From: Eledone cirrhosa
Taxonomy: Eukaryota
Assembly (NCBI GenBank): GCA_964016885.1
Contig: OZ024745.1
Coordinates: forward strand, 112,840,001-112,904,000
DNA: 64,000 nucleotides
Direction of reading: 5' to 3'
Below the pieces are notes generated by a model that searched no databases, was not told the DNA's origin, and worked only from the letters and a program-made list of their open reading frames with translations. The position numbers were made by a program, and so were the translations under genes. Position 1 is the first letter of the stretch; the number at the start of each line of letters is the position of its first letter. Below, in pieces: positions 13,819 through 26,072 of the stretch.

Positions 13819-16800
13819 GATTATGATGATGATAAATATATATACACAACACAGAAACACACATTATTGGATTGGCAGTATCGGTAGAGGGTCGGATGCC
13901 ATGCTTTGAAGCATAGAATTACCTCCCTGTATGATCTGAGTTCAAATCTCGCCGAGGTTAACTTTGCCTTTCATCCTTCCGGGGTCGATAGAATAAAGTA
14001 CCAGTAATGCACTGGGTATTTGCTGGCCTTGTGCCAAAAATAGAAACAATTATGTATTTTTATACTCCTCAGAGTTATCAATCCTTTCTTGCTCTCTAGT
14101 TGTACTGAGTGTTTCCTTACAACACTATTTGTAGAAGAACAAGTTTATTGAACACATTCAACATGTTATCTGGGAATGTTGAACTTGCCTAGCCAGAACA
14201 TTTTCTAGTTGCAGTGAGTGAGCTGAAACCAATGTGAATTCATACAGCTCAAGATTTAACATTTGCTATACTTTCTTAGCATAATACTAGCTAATGAAAT
14301 AATTGTTTCTACTTTTGGCACAAAGCCAGCAATTACCCAGTACATTACTGGTACTTAATTTTGTCGGCCCCGTAATGATGAAAAGCAAAGTTAACCTCGG
14401 CGGGATTTGAACTCAGATCGTAAAGGGACGTAACTAATGAAATAATGGCACAAGAAAATAATTTGTATTTTTAGAAGATATATTTAGAGTAACTTACATT
14501 AGTTTCTTGAAGAACCTGCTGTAGTTCATCAGGTTCTCCAGCAGTTAAAGCTGCACCTGGAAAGCAACATACACAAACAAAAAAGACATGAGACAACCTA
14601 CACTAAGAAAAGAGACTGAGCTTAGCTACAAATGAACATAATATTTTAGTTCTACCTCTACCTGATTGTTATATAACTGTTATCCTTATTACTATTTCTA
14701 CTTACATATTAACCTTTTTTAATGTGTAAAAGTTTCAAATAGTTAAAAACTTGGAAAGATTTAATAATAAATATAAGCTTCCTCATAATTAAGTTTGTGT
14801 TTGGAATATAACTTAAAGATTCTTACATATAAATTTTGACGGAAGATTTTTAAATAAATAGAAACATTTTAAAACAAATAGCTTTGTATCATAGAACCAA
14901 GGGCAGATTCGTACCAAAAGGGTTAAATTTGCTATTTGTTAACTAAAGACTATCTACCTTTATTCTTATATTTGTTATTTACTCTTCAGAAACTATTAAA
15001 CCTGAATGCGATTGAGCCCCATTAAGAGATTACATATTAGTGATTCCTGTTTTGAGGTTAAAATCAGTCAACATCATCCTCATTGCTAGCATGGGTTAGA
15101 TGGGTTGTCACATTATGAAACAAGTCAGGTCTGGAGACCACATCATGCTCATACGGATCTGTATTTTGGCTTGATTTCTATGGCTGGATGCCAACCATAT
15201 TGACAACGTGGACTGGGTGCTTTTTATTGTGGCACCAAAATGAACAACAGACAGGTTTGACTGGGTGCTTTTTGTCGCGCCATTAACACAATTAATTGAC
15301 TGGGCACTTTGTGTTGTGTCACCAATACAACAACTTTACAGGGTGGGCTATGTGCTTTTTGTCATGTCACCAAAACAACCACTTTATAGGGAGTCATTGA
15401 TTACAATGCTATCATGGTTATTTATATCCATAAAATATTGATGATGCTGATGATATTATAAGCAATAGCTGAATTATTTAGATTCTCATCTCAAAACACA
15501 TGAATCACAAAAGTGTAACCCTTCAATGCTGCTTAACTGTACTCTTGGGAAGTAATTTCTGAAGAAGAGATAGACTGTCATATTAAACTAAGAGCAACTT
15601 GACATGCATGTAGTGTGGAGGCCTATAGTAAATGTGATGACGTATATGTCCCTTATCATGTCCAAAATTTATTATAGCTTAATATGATGACTCCTATACC
15701 AATGTAGTGTTTTCTTTCAGTGCAAAACAGACAGTATTAAGTGTTTGAACCTGTATTTACAGACTATTAAGTCCAACATGCCACCAAGCAAAGCTCTAAG
15801 TAGTTTCTTGATTGCTAGAAATAGCACAAAATATTTTGTAGTATTTGATTTGGCTCTGTGTTCTGAGTTCAAATTCTGCTCAGGTCAATTTTGCCTTTCA
15901 TTCTTTTGGAGTGGACAAAATAAAGAACCCTGTTCAGGGTGGAATTGCTAGTGTTAGGTGTCAGACAAGATGCCTTGTGGCACATGTTCTGGCTTTCTAC
16001 ATTCTCAGTTTTTAGGTAGTACATTTAATCTGTTGCTTGGTTTAACAGGAACCACTTGGTCTTTGAGCGACTTCAGTGGAGTGCTATTTGTTGCAATCAT
16101 GTAGACTAAGCCTCTGGCTTGTAGATAACTTCTCTTCCTCCTACCAGTCTTGGAGGGCCTGAAAAAATAAAGTGCCATCAATGCTAATCCTTTCCCAGCT
16201 GACTAAGCAATTTTGAAAAATGCCTTAAAATAGGAAGGGCACATTAGATAATGTAACCTTTGACATTCTATATTTGAAAATATCATGTCTGGAATGCCTT
16301 TGATAATATAATAGGCCTGCTTAATCAAGGCCAACCTGTGGCTAAACAATTCATATATATATATAAAAAAAAATAGTTAAGTTGATGTAGCTACTGTAAC
16401 AATATATGAATTGCTGACTAACAAACCAGTAAAATCTACTAAGTACAAGAACTGAATATATTTACAATATATATATATATTTTTTATTATAACTTTTAAA
16501 TTACTAAGAAAAAATAAAATGCCAGTAAGCTTACCAAGATCTCCTATGTAGACAGGATTGTCAATAATTCTCTGTCCAGCTTGGATAATCTGGGCTAAAT
16601 TCTCTCTGAGATTTGAAGATTAAAAAACAAAAATATTTATATTGAAACATTTCTCCTTGTTAATTACTTAATTTTTCAATATTTCTAATTATATTGATTA
16701 GAGCTAAAATGTCTAAAACATTCAGACATGTTTAGAAAATGACTAGCTAGTATAAACACTCACTACTAAATTTCTGTTGTTTATCAAGGTTTAGGTGAGA

Positions 16801-19800
16801 ATGAAGAATGGTGGAGAATATGCCATGTGAAGCACAACAGTTATTTTCTAAGATTTGAGCTTATGACCATGTGAAGCACAATAGCTAATTTGTAATGTTT
16901 AAACTCATAACCACGTGAAGCACAACAGTTATTTTCTAAGATTTGAGCTTATGACCATGTGAAGCACAACAGTTATTTTGTAAGATTTGAGCTTATGACC
17001 ATGTGAAGCACAATAGCTAATTTGTAATGTTTAAACTCATGACCATGTGAAGCACAACAGTTATTTTGTCAGATTTCAGCTTATGACCACGTGAAGCACA
17101 ACAGTTATTTTCTAAGATTTGAGCTTATGACCATGTGAAGCACAATAGCTATTTTGTAATGTTTGAACTCATCACCATGTGAAGCACAACAGTTATTTTG
17201 TAAGATTTGAGCTTATGACCATGTGAAGCACAACAGTTATTTTGTAAGATTTGAGCTTATGACCATGTGAAGCACAACAGTTATTTTGTAAGATTTGAGC
17301 TTATGACTATATGAAGCACAATAGCTATTTTGTAAGATTTGAGCTTATGACAATGTGAAGCACAACAGTTATTTTGTAAGATTTGAGCTTATGACCATGT
17401 GAAGCACAACAGTTATTTTGTAAGATTTGAGCTTATGACCATGTGAAGCACAACAGTTATTTTGTAAGATTTGAGCTTATGACCATGTGAAGCACAACAG
17501 TTATTTTGTAAGATTTGAGCTTATGACCATGTGAAGCACAACAGTTATTTTGTAAGATTTGAGCTTATGACCATGTGAAGCACAACAGTTATTTTGTAAG
17601 ATTTGAGCTTATGACTATATGAAGCACAACAGTTATTTTGTAAGATTTGAGCTTATGACCATGTGAAGCACAACAGTTATTTTGTAAGATTTGAGCTTAT
17701 GACTATATGAAGCACAACAGTTATTTTGTAAGATTTGAGCTTATGACCATGTGAAACACAATAGCTATTTTGTAATGTTTGAACTCATGACCATGTGAAG
17801 CACAACAGTTATTTTGTAAGATTTGAGCTTATGACCATGTGAAACACAACAGTTATTTTGTAAGATTTGAGCTTATGACCATGTGAAACACAATAGCTAT
17901 TTTGTAAGATTTGAGCTTATGACAATGTGAACAACTGAATCACATCAACTACAAATTTTACATGTGATGATTTAATATTAAAAGAAATGGAGATAAAATG
18001 AGCTGATCCCCGGTAATTGGTACCAGAACATTTAACTGCTATATTGCTTTACTTTTATAAGTAAATATATGGAATATAACAAGTGAGTATGAAGTGTTTT
18101 AAGAAAAGTAGACATACATACCTGTATAGTGGGTTCATTGCAATGATGTCACGAATAGTCTTCACAACCTCAGATGTCAGTGCCTAGAATTAAGGTTTTC
18201 ACTTAGTTATTTGACAATTTATACAACATTTTAACAATAAATATACATAATAGGTAAAGAAATGTTAGCCTGATGGTGGGGTTTAGAACCCTCTAAGAAA
18301 TGGAAAAAGATGAGTATTGACGTACATTTCTTAGAGGGTTCTAAACCCCACCATTAGGCTAAAATTTCTTTAGTAAAAAAATAACGGCGAATACTTTTAT
18401 TTCTAATTTCAAACTTGCTTACTATTTCAAAACATACTTATGTGGACTGGACACTTTTTGTCAGGTCACCAACATGATCTCTTTACAGGGTGGACTGGGC
18501 GCTTTTTTCCATGGCACTAATACAACCACTTTACAGGGTAGATTGGGCACTTTTTGTCAATTATAATAACAGGTTGTTTGCTAAGAGAGAGGGGCCATCT
18601 CACCATGGGAAAGGAAATGTAGAAGTAGCCTTGAAGAGATATATATGTCATCTTTTTTAATTATTTATATTAATTTTTTTATAAACTAGTTAGAGAAAGT
18701 GAGATATTTTCCATAATTCTTGTTAAAGTTTTTCTATACTGAGAGACCAAAATAACTGGCTGCATACAGATCTAGAATTCATGAAGATAGGTTTTGAGTT
18801 AGAGATGTTAACATAGAAATGCTTATCAATAACCAAAAGAAGTACTGAGGTCAATATAATTGATCCTCGCACCCAAGAATTGCTGGTCATGTGCCTATAT
18901 TAGAAACTGTTATTTTTAAAACATTTTATCACAACAAACTCTAATGAAATAACTAAATTTACAGGGCGGACTAGGGGCTTTATGTTGTGTCATCAGCATG
19001 ACCATCTTACAGAGTGAACTGGGCGCATTTTCTTGCCACTAGCACAACTACTTTACAGGGTGGACTGGGTGCTTTTTGTCATGTCACCAGCACAACCCCG
19101 TTACAGAGTAAACTGGGCATTTTTTTATCATGTCACTAGCATGACCATCTTACAGGGTGGAAAAGTAAATACCATACCTTAATTTCATCTGTCTGTTTGA
19201 ATTCCTCATGTACCAGATTTTCAACATTAGCCATCAACATTTTTTCTGTGTTTGTTTGCAGAGTTTTTTCAATCACTTCAAGATCATCATTATCTTTTAT
19301 TTCATTTTCTTGATTTTTTCTGTGTCGCCGTGATTTTCGTTTTTTTTCGTCTATTAAAAAGAAAGAAGAAAAAAGAAAACAGTAATAATATTGTGTTGTT
19401 TTTAAATTCAGCATGGTTTTTTTTTTAAAGTTTCAGAATTATTAAAAACCAAAAAAAAAACCAAAAAACAAACAAAAAACTTTTCTAAACATATTTAGTC
19501 TGATAGTTTAATATCAGCAAATTATAGTTTCCTTTTCTATTTTTCCAAAGCATATAGAGAACATTCATCATTTACTTTATAAATTTCAGCTGTTTATATC
19601 TAACCTACCAAAGATAACTTAGCCTTTCATCCTATTAGCATCTATAAATTAAGTACCTAACAACTACCAATTTTAATGTAATTGACTATAGCCCACCTTC
19701 CAAAATATACGACCATACATCTATTAGAAACCATTATTAATTTAATCTACAGAGGGTTGTGGATGGCAAGATTAAGTCTTGAACAGTATTTAGTTACATT

Positions 19801-22800
19801 CTGTAATGATTTGAACAAATGCATTTAACAATTGATACTGGAGTTGGGTCCATATATACATATACAAATAGCCTAAAATTTACAAGTAATTTCTTGTAGA
19901 GTAGTCGTTTTGTCAAAATTAAACAGAGAGAGAGCGAGAGGGAAAACTTACCAGAAAGCTGGTCTGTTACTTCTTCTGATTCAAAGATAATGTTGTTAAT
20001 TTTAATCCTGAAAATAAATGGTTGTGCAATATCATCATAATATTCTCCATTTAATCTTTAATGTTATACACCAGACATGGGCAACATTTTTCAAGCAGTG
20101 GGTTGCATAGGATGTGGCTCATCATAAAGCAGGCCACACTACTAAAAAATTCAAGGCAATTTTGGAATGGCTAACCCTTGCTTTAGCAGGGAAAATGGCC
20201 TTAAACACTTGTTGTTGGAGTATTATATCCTTTTCTTTTCAGTTTTAGAACTCATTCTTATTCATTCAATGAAATATTAAAACAGTAAATGAAAAGAAAA
20301 ACAAAACAGAAATGTAAATTTGGTATAGTTGTGAAGCTTTCAAAATAGAAAACTATTCAGTTGAAGGGTTAAAATACATACCTACGATGAGCTAAAACAA
20401 TCATTCTTAACTTGTCACCAAGATCTTGCATTTCTGTGATTTGAACAAATGACCCAATAGAATAGATATCGTCAATAGAAGTAATTACTTCGGAATCATT
20501 ACTGAAAAGCAAAAAACAAAAAAATATTGGTCAGAGGCCGTTGTTACTATAATTTAACTCTAATATGGAGAATTATTTCAGTTCTCATCTGTGGTTTATT
20601 CAAAGCTACTACAACAATCAGCCAACTTGACAAAGTTTTGGCCATTCCTAAATGAAACTGGTAAATACAAATTAATCAGCAACATAATATTAATTTATAA
20701 TGGTTGTATTGATAGTTCTCTACCTGGAGTAACTCTGATACTACAAACATATTGTTAGAATGTTCTGAGGAAAGAATCGTTGGACGGATTTTACAGACAA
20801 AACTAGCCAGCAGGAGACCCAGAAGTAGACTCCAAGCAATATGGCTGCTCACATGCTCCCCCCAGGAATAAGTGGGCAGAGAAGAAGAGAAGTATTGATA
20901 GAATCATAGAAGACGGTTTTGATTAACTCATGTCACAATCATTTCATTCAATTTTGAAGGACGATGTAACCCAGATGAGCTGGGGGCCTGATATACAAGT
21001 GCATTTTTATCATGACACCAACACTAGGCAAGCTGTCATATTTTCGACACAGCTGAAGAGTTCTCCTGAAAATTTGTTTGGCAGGTTTTCAATGGCTAGA
21101 TGCCTTTCCTATCACCAACCACTTTACAGAGTGTACAGGGTGTGTATATTGTGTAGATCCAAAACACTAGGGAGGTTGTCATATCTTTGGCACAACTGAA
21201 GTGTTCTCCCCATATCTTATTTTTATATATTATATTAATCAGAAGAATAAGGACAATGTTCATAACCTTGGCAATCCTTTCTATTGCTCCAGACTGATAT
21301 CATTGACTTTCTGTGTAGGAAATATGTGGTATGGCGTGTAAAATCAAGAAGGCTACTATTATATAAAAGGATTTGGAAAAGTGTTTAGTGCAGGATCTGG
21401 GCAGTAAGTTAGAGACAGTAGAAGTGGGGAAAGGAGGAGAAATGAACATGTCACATAGGCCCGAGTATCAGATGGGGCCTGCAGCTAGCTAGTCCATTAT
21501 ATTATACAGTTTAAGGACCCACAGAAGCTTAAATTGTACTAATGAACTCACTTATCATCTTTCTTTAGGAATACTCCAGCATATGGTAAGTTAAGTTTGA
21601 CTTTTCTTCGGAGAACATCCATGAGGTCTTTGTTGGTAATCTAAAGTTTAAAAAAAGAGAAAGAATAGAATAGAGAATTAGAAATGGTAATTCTTTCCAT
21701 TGTTTCACTTAATTCTTCAAAATCAATGTTCTTTGAAGCAAATTAGGAGACATTAGTTTCAGAGATTTTAACAATTTAAAAAAATAAATCTAATTCAGGT
21801 ATTCTGGGAGGGATGTTAGTCATGGAGTTAAAGTACTGGACCTTACAATACTGATTTTATTCCCCCAAGAAAAAACATTTTATCCTCATGATCATTTAAC
21901 TACCATTTACCCTGCTAGCAAAGGGTGGATGGGTCATCACAAACTAAGTTTGTATTCAAAGTGGAGCTATTGACCTCTCAGATGACTTGGGGATCTGCAT
22001 CTCACTTGTCGTCTACCCTGTAAGATGGTAGTATCAAAACAAGGATAAAATGCTCCCAGTACATGCATTCAGCCATAGAAACCATGGCTAGCTCAGTATG
22101 TGACAGCCTGTTTAAACCGTGCAAGCATGGAAAATAGATGTTGAACAGTGATAATTATGATGACGATTACAATTTCATTACTGACAAATTTGAAACATAC
22201 ATTTAAGAAAGAATGGTATGTGTTGACCTGATAAATATGGGAATATTTTATATTTGGTGACCCTGTTAACAACTGACTGATGTCATAAGATATCAACATT
22301 GTAGAATATTTGTTGCCAATTATTTTGGTGTTTGTGCCAACTCTTACTTACGGTGATGAATATTAGGGCCGGGAAATCCCAGTGGAAGGAAGCCGCAGTA
22401 GAGGTAGACCAAGGAAGACCTGGGCAAAAGTGGTGAAAACTGATCTCAAATTGCAGAGACGCACAGAGGAGATGACAAGGCGAAATGGCATGTGGAGAGA
22501 TGCTGTGCTAAAGAGAACCTGTCCAACCCATGTAAGTGTGGAAAAATGGATGTAAATATGATGATGATGACTGAAGAGTATCATCCTGAATACAAACAGC
22601 TGAAGTAATGTTACACGATAGGGTGTCACTCCATGTAGAACTGCTACTTCTTCGAATTGAGAGATCACAGCCCTGATACTATGGACATGTAGTTTGAATG
22701 TCTAAGGAAAAAATCAATTGATAGATTTTATGGTCAAATAGTTATGGCCCTTTATGTTCTGCGTTCAAATCCCATCAAGGTTAGCTTTGCCTTTCATCCT

Positions 22801-25800
22801 TATGGGATTTAATTGACTTTCCTCTCCCCCCAAATTGTTGCCCTTATGCCTAAATCAAGCTGCATTGGCTCTTCCAGCACATCTCCCTCATTATCCTCCG
22901 GGGAAATGCCTTCTCTATTCTGCCTACTGGGGATGCAGGGTGGCCAGTGCGTGGGCCCCCATTTGCTCATAATAGCGAGAGATGAGGAGAGCGGGAGAGA
23001 CAGAGGCAGTGAGAGTTTGGTTCCATTGTATTCGGACCTGGTGTATATATTTATTTACCACACCACATTAACTGTAAATATATGATTTAAAGGAGATTTG
23101 CTTGCTATTTTTAGCAGGTTGAGCGACCATGTAGAGGCTTCTTCATCCACTAGCAATTATGTTGATGAATGTGATAGTCATGTTAGTGATATGATTTAGA
23201 TTTGAAAAATGCAGATTAAGGCAAACTGTGTGTTGTCAAGTTATTAAAGGTATGCAAACAAAGATGTGGTATGATTTGTGTCAGTTAATTATTCTTCCTT
23301 CACTGAATTGCATATAACAATACTCAGAAGAGCTGTGGGTGTATGAGTGGATGGAATGGTTAAGCATTAGTTTCTAAAGAACCACATTGAATTCAAGATT
23401 AGCTGCATTAAGAAGGATTCAGTTTGTTTTTCACAACAACTAAATCGGAATCATCAGCTCAGCAGGAATACTTAGAAAAATCCAGCAAGCTTATACTTGT
23501 TACTACGACTACGACAATATCATAATCATTTCCACTATAATTAGAATATTTATCACATCATAATGATTTCTTGATTTCTAAAAAAATAAACAACAAATTC
23601 CCAGCAAATGGGGAGACCTTCGAGGATTATTCATGGAGAAAGCGTACAAAAGCCATGGTCACGCTGACTGCTAGGGCAAGTGCCCCCTCCCAGTTGTCCT
23701 CCTCCAATCTACAGGCATATACTCAGGGCAGGCCCATTCATGGTTTCTGATTTAGGCACATGGTCGAGGCATTGGGCCACTCTGATGTGAGTGCACTTGT
23801 CATCAAGGATACTGGTTGATGAAAAGGGCACCGAATTGAGCCACGCACCAGTTTGGCTGCAAAGTGGAATGGAGGCAGGTGAGGTGGTGTTAGTTAGTAT
23901 AAGCCAGACACGATCTGCATGAAGGTAGACCTGCTCTTGATGTCGCCCCAGTTACGTTGGACATTTGTATACTAGCGCCACATCAGGTTCAGCTGCCTTG
24001 CTTGAGGACCTCGCTGATGAGAGTGCGACTGGAGATGATAGTTTATTTATACAGCTGAAGTAGGAAGTGGAGTCTGTTTTCTGCAGTAAAGAAAGACAAC
24101 TGGAGAGAGCAGAGTTAAGTACTCTACATAGGTAGGCAACGCCATAGCTGTGAGATCTGTAAACATGACTACGATACATGATTCAAGATATTAAACACAC
24201 AGCCATCATCATCATTTAACGTCCATTTTTCCATGTTAGCATGGGTTAGACGTGTTGTCCTATTTCAAGACAAGTCAGATCAGGTGATTGTGTCTTGCTC
24301 ATACAGAACTATTTCTGGCCTAGTTTCTAATGCGAACCACATTTACAGTGTATACTGGGTGCTTTTTATCGTAGCACCAAAACAACCACTTTACAGGATG
24401 GACTGAGCATTTTTTGTCATGTAATCAATACGACCAACTGACAGGTTGGAGTGAGTGCTTTTGTCATGTCTCCTAGCCAACCACTTTACATTTCAAGAAA
24501 TTAAACACATAGCCAGTGTGTCCAAATACAGAAATAAGTAGCATGTCTTGTGTTAAAACATAATAAAGAAATAGAGCCAGAAAAACAAAAGCATATGATT
24601 TTTAGGAAAAAAGCAAAGAAGAGAATTTGATTTTAAGACATTTCAGTTTCTGTTTTAAATATCAAACAAGATGAACAGAGACATTTTCATAAGCCAGAAT
24701 TGAGAGATTACAGCTCTGATATTATGGAAATGTGGTTAAAATGTCTCAAGAAAGAAATGCCAGACAGATTTTATGGGCAAAACCAACCAACAGGAGATTC
24801 AGGGTTAGACCCTAAATAAAATGGTTGGATAACATCCATGTGTTCGGTTGGTCTCGCTTGGGGATCCAGCCAGACCAAATGGAGATGGTTGCTTCTGACA
24901 GAACCTGCTGGAAGGGGTGTTTGAGGACTCTGACCCCACAAACCTCCCAGGAATAAGTGGGCAAAGAAGGAGGAGAATTTCAATTCTAATTTGAATCTCC
25001 ATTTGTGTCAAGTGCACAACATCTTTCTTAGTGTAGGTGTCATAAAATGCACCCAGCACACTCTGTAAAGTGAGTGGTGATAGGAAGTGTATAGAAAACT
25101 TACCAAATAAAGGGCCGGGGGGGGGGGGACACACACACTCCAATTATGTCAATGACATGACAATCTTTTTAGTGCTGGGATGAGAAAAGGAGGAGAAATG
25201 GACATGTTTAATGTGTCTGAGTATCTGAGTATCAGATGGAGTCTGCACCCAAGAGACTCTGACAATAGGTATAATTATGACTGTGATGATCCATTCAACC
25301 CTTGCTTGCAGGAAAAAGACATTAAATGATGATGATTTACCCAAATGCTAATGTTCCAAAAGTCCTTAAAGAATGCAAGATGAATCAGGCTGTTAAGCAG
25401 AAGAAAGATAAATCTTTCTATAGATATGACTCTGAGCTATTGCAGGTAATATCACTACATGATTTGGCATCTTTTTCTCAACAGCTAGATAAGTTGAAAC
25501 ATCTATGCAGTATTTAAGTTCTCAGACAGGCATCATACAATCTGCCTTTCATCCTGAGAGAGAAACTCTTTATAACCAGTTCATTGAACTGATGCACTCA
25601 GTTCTCACTCTTGCCACTATGCCTTCAGAACACCCACCCACCAACTAAACAACATGCTTGCAGTAGATTGGAACACACATACTATGAAGAGATAGTCCAA
25701 TACCTAATGAAATCTAACAGCACATTTCATAACAGCTATCACTGGGAGGTCATGTGTATAGATAATAGGTTAATTTCTGATATATAAATACATGATAATT

Positions 25801-26041
25801 CTTTCTTTCTGAAACTTTTAGTTAGGCATGCACAATGATAAGACAGAAGAACACTTCCTTTTCACCACGAGTGATATTATAGAAAAATCACAAAGAATAT
25901 ATACCTCGTCTCATAATCTGGATGGCTCCTAGGAAACTAGGAATAGATGAGTTGCTAATGACAGCTGTACAAGCCATATACAGAGGGGTATTCAGCAAAG
26001 TGAGAATTATCAACAAGTCTAGTGAGGAATTTAGCATGCAG

Positions 26042-26072
<31 letters not shown>

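Noticed and set aside
16825-17930. CRISPR array
   Set aside because: Contiguous tandem units without unique spacers.
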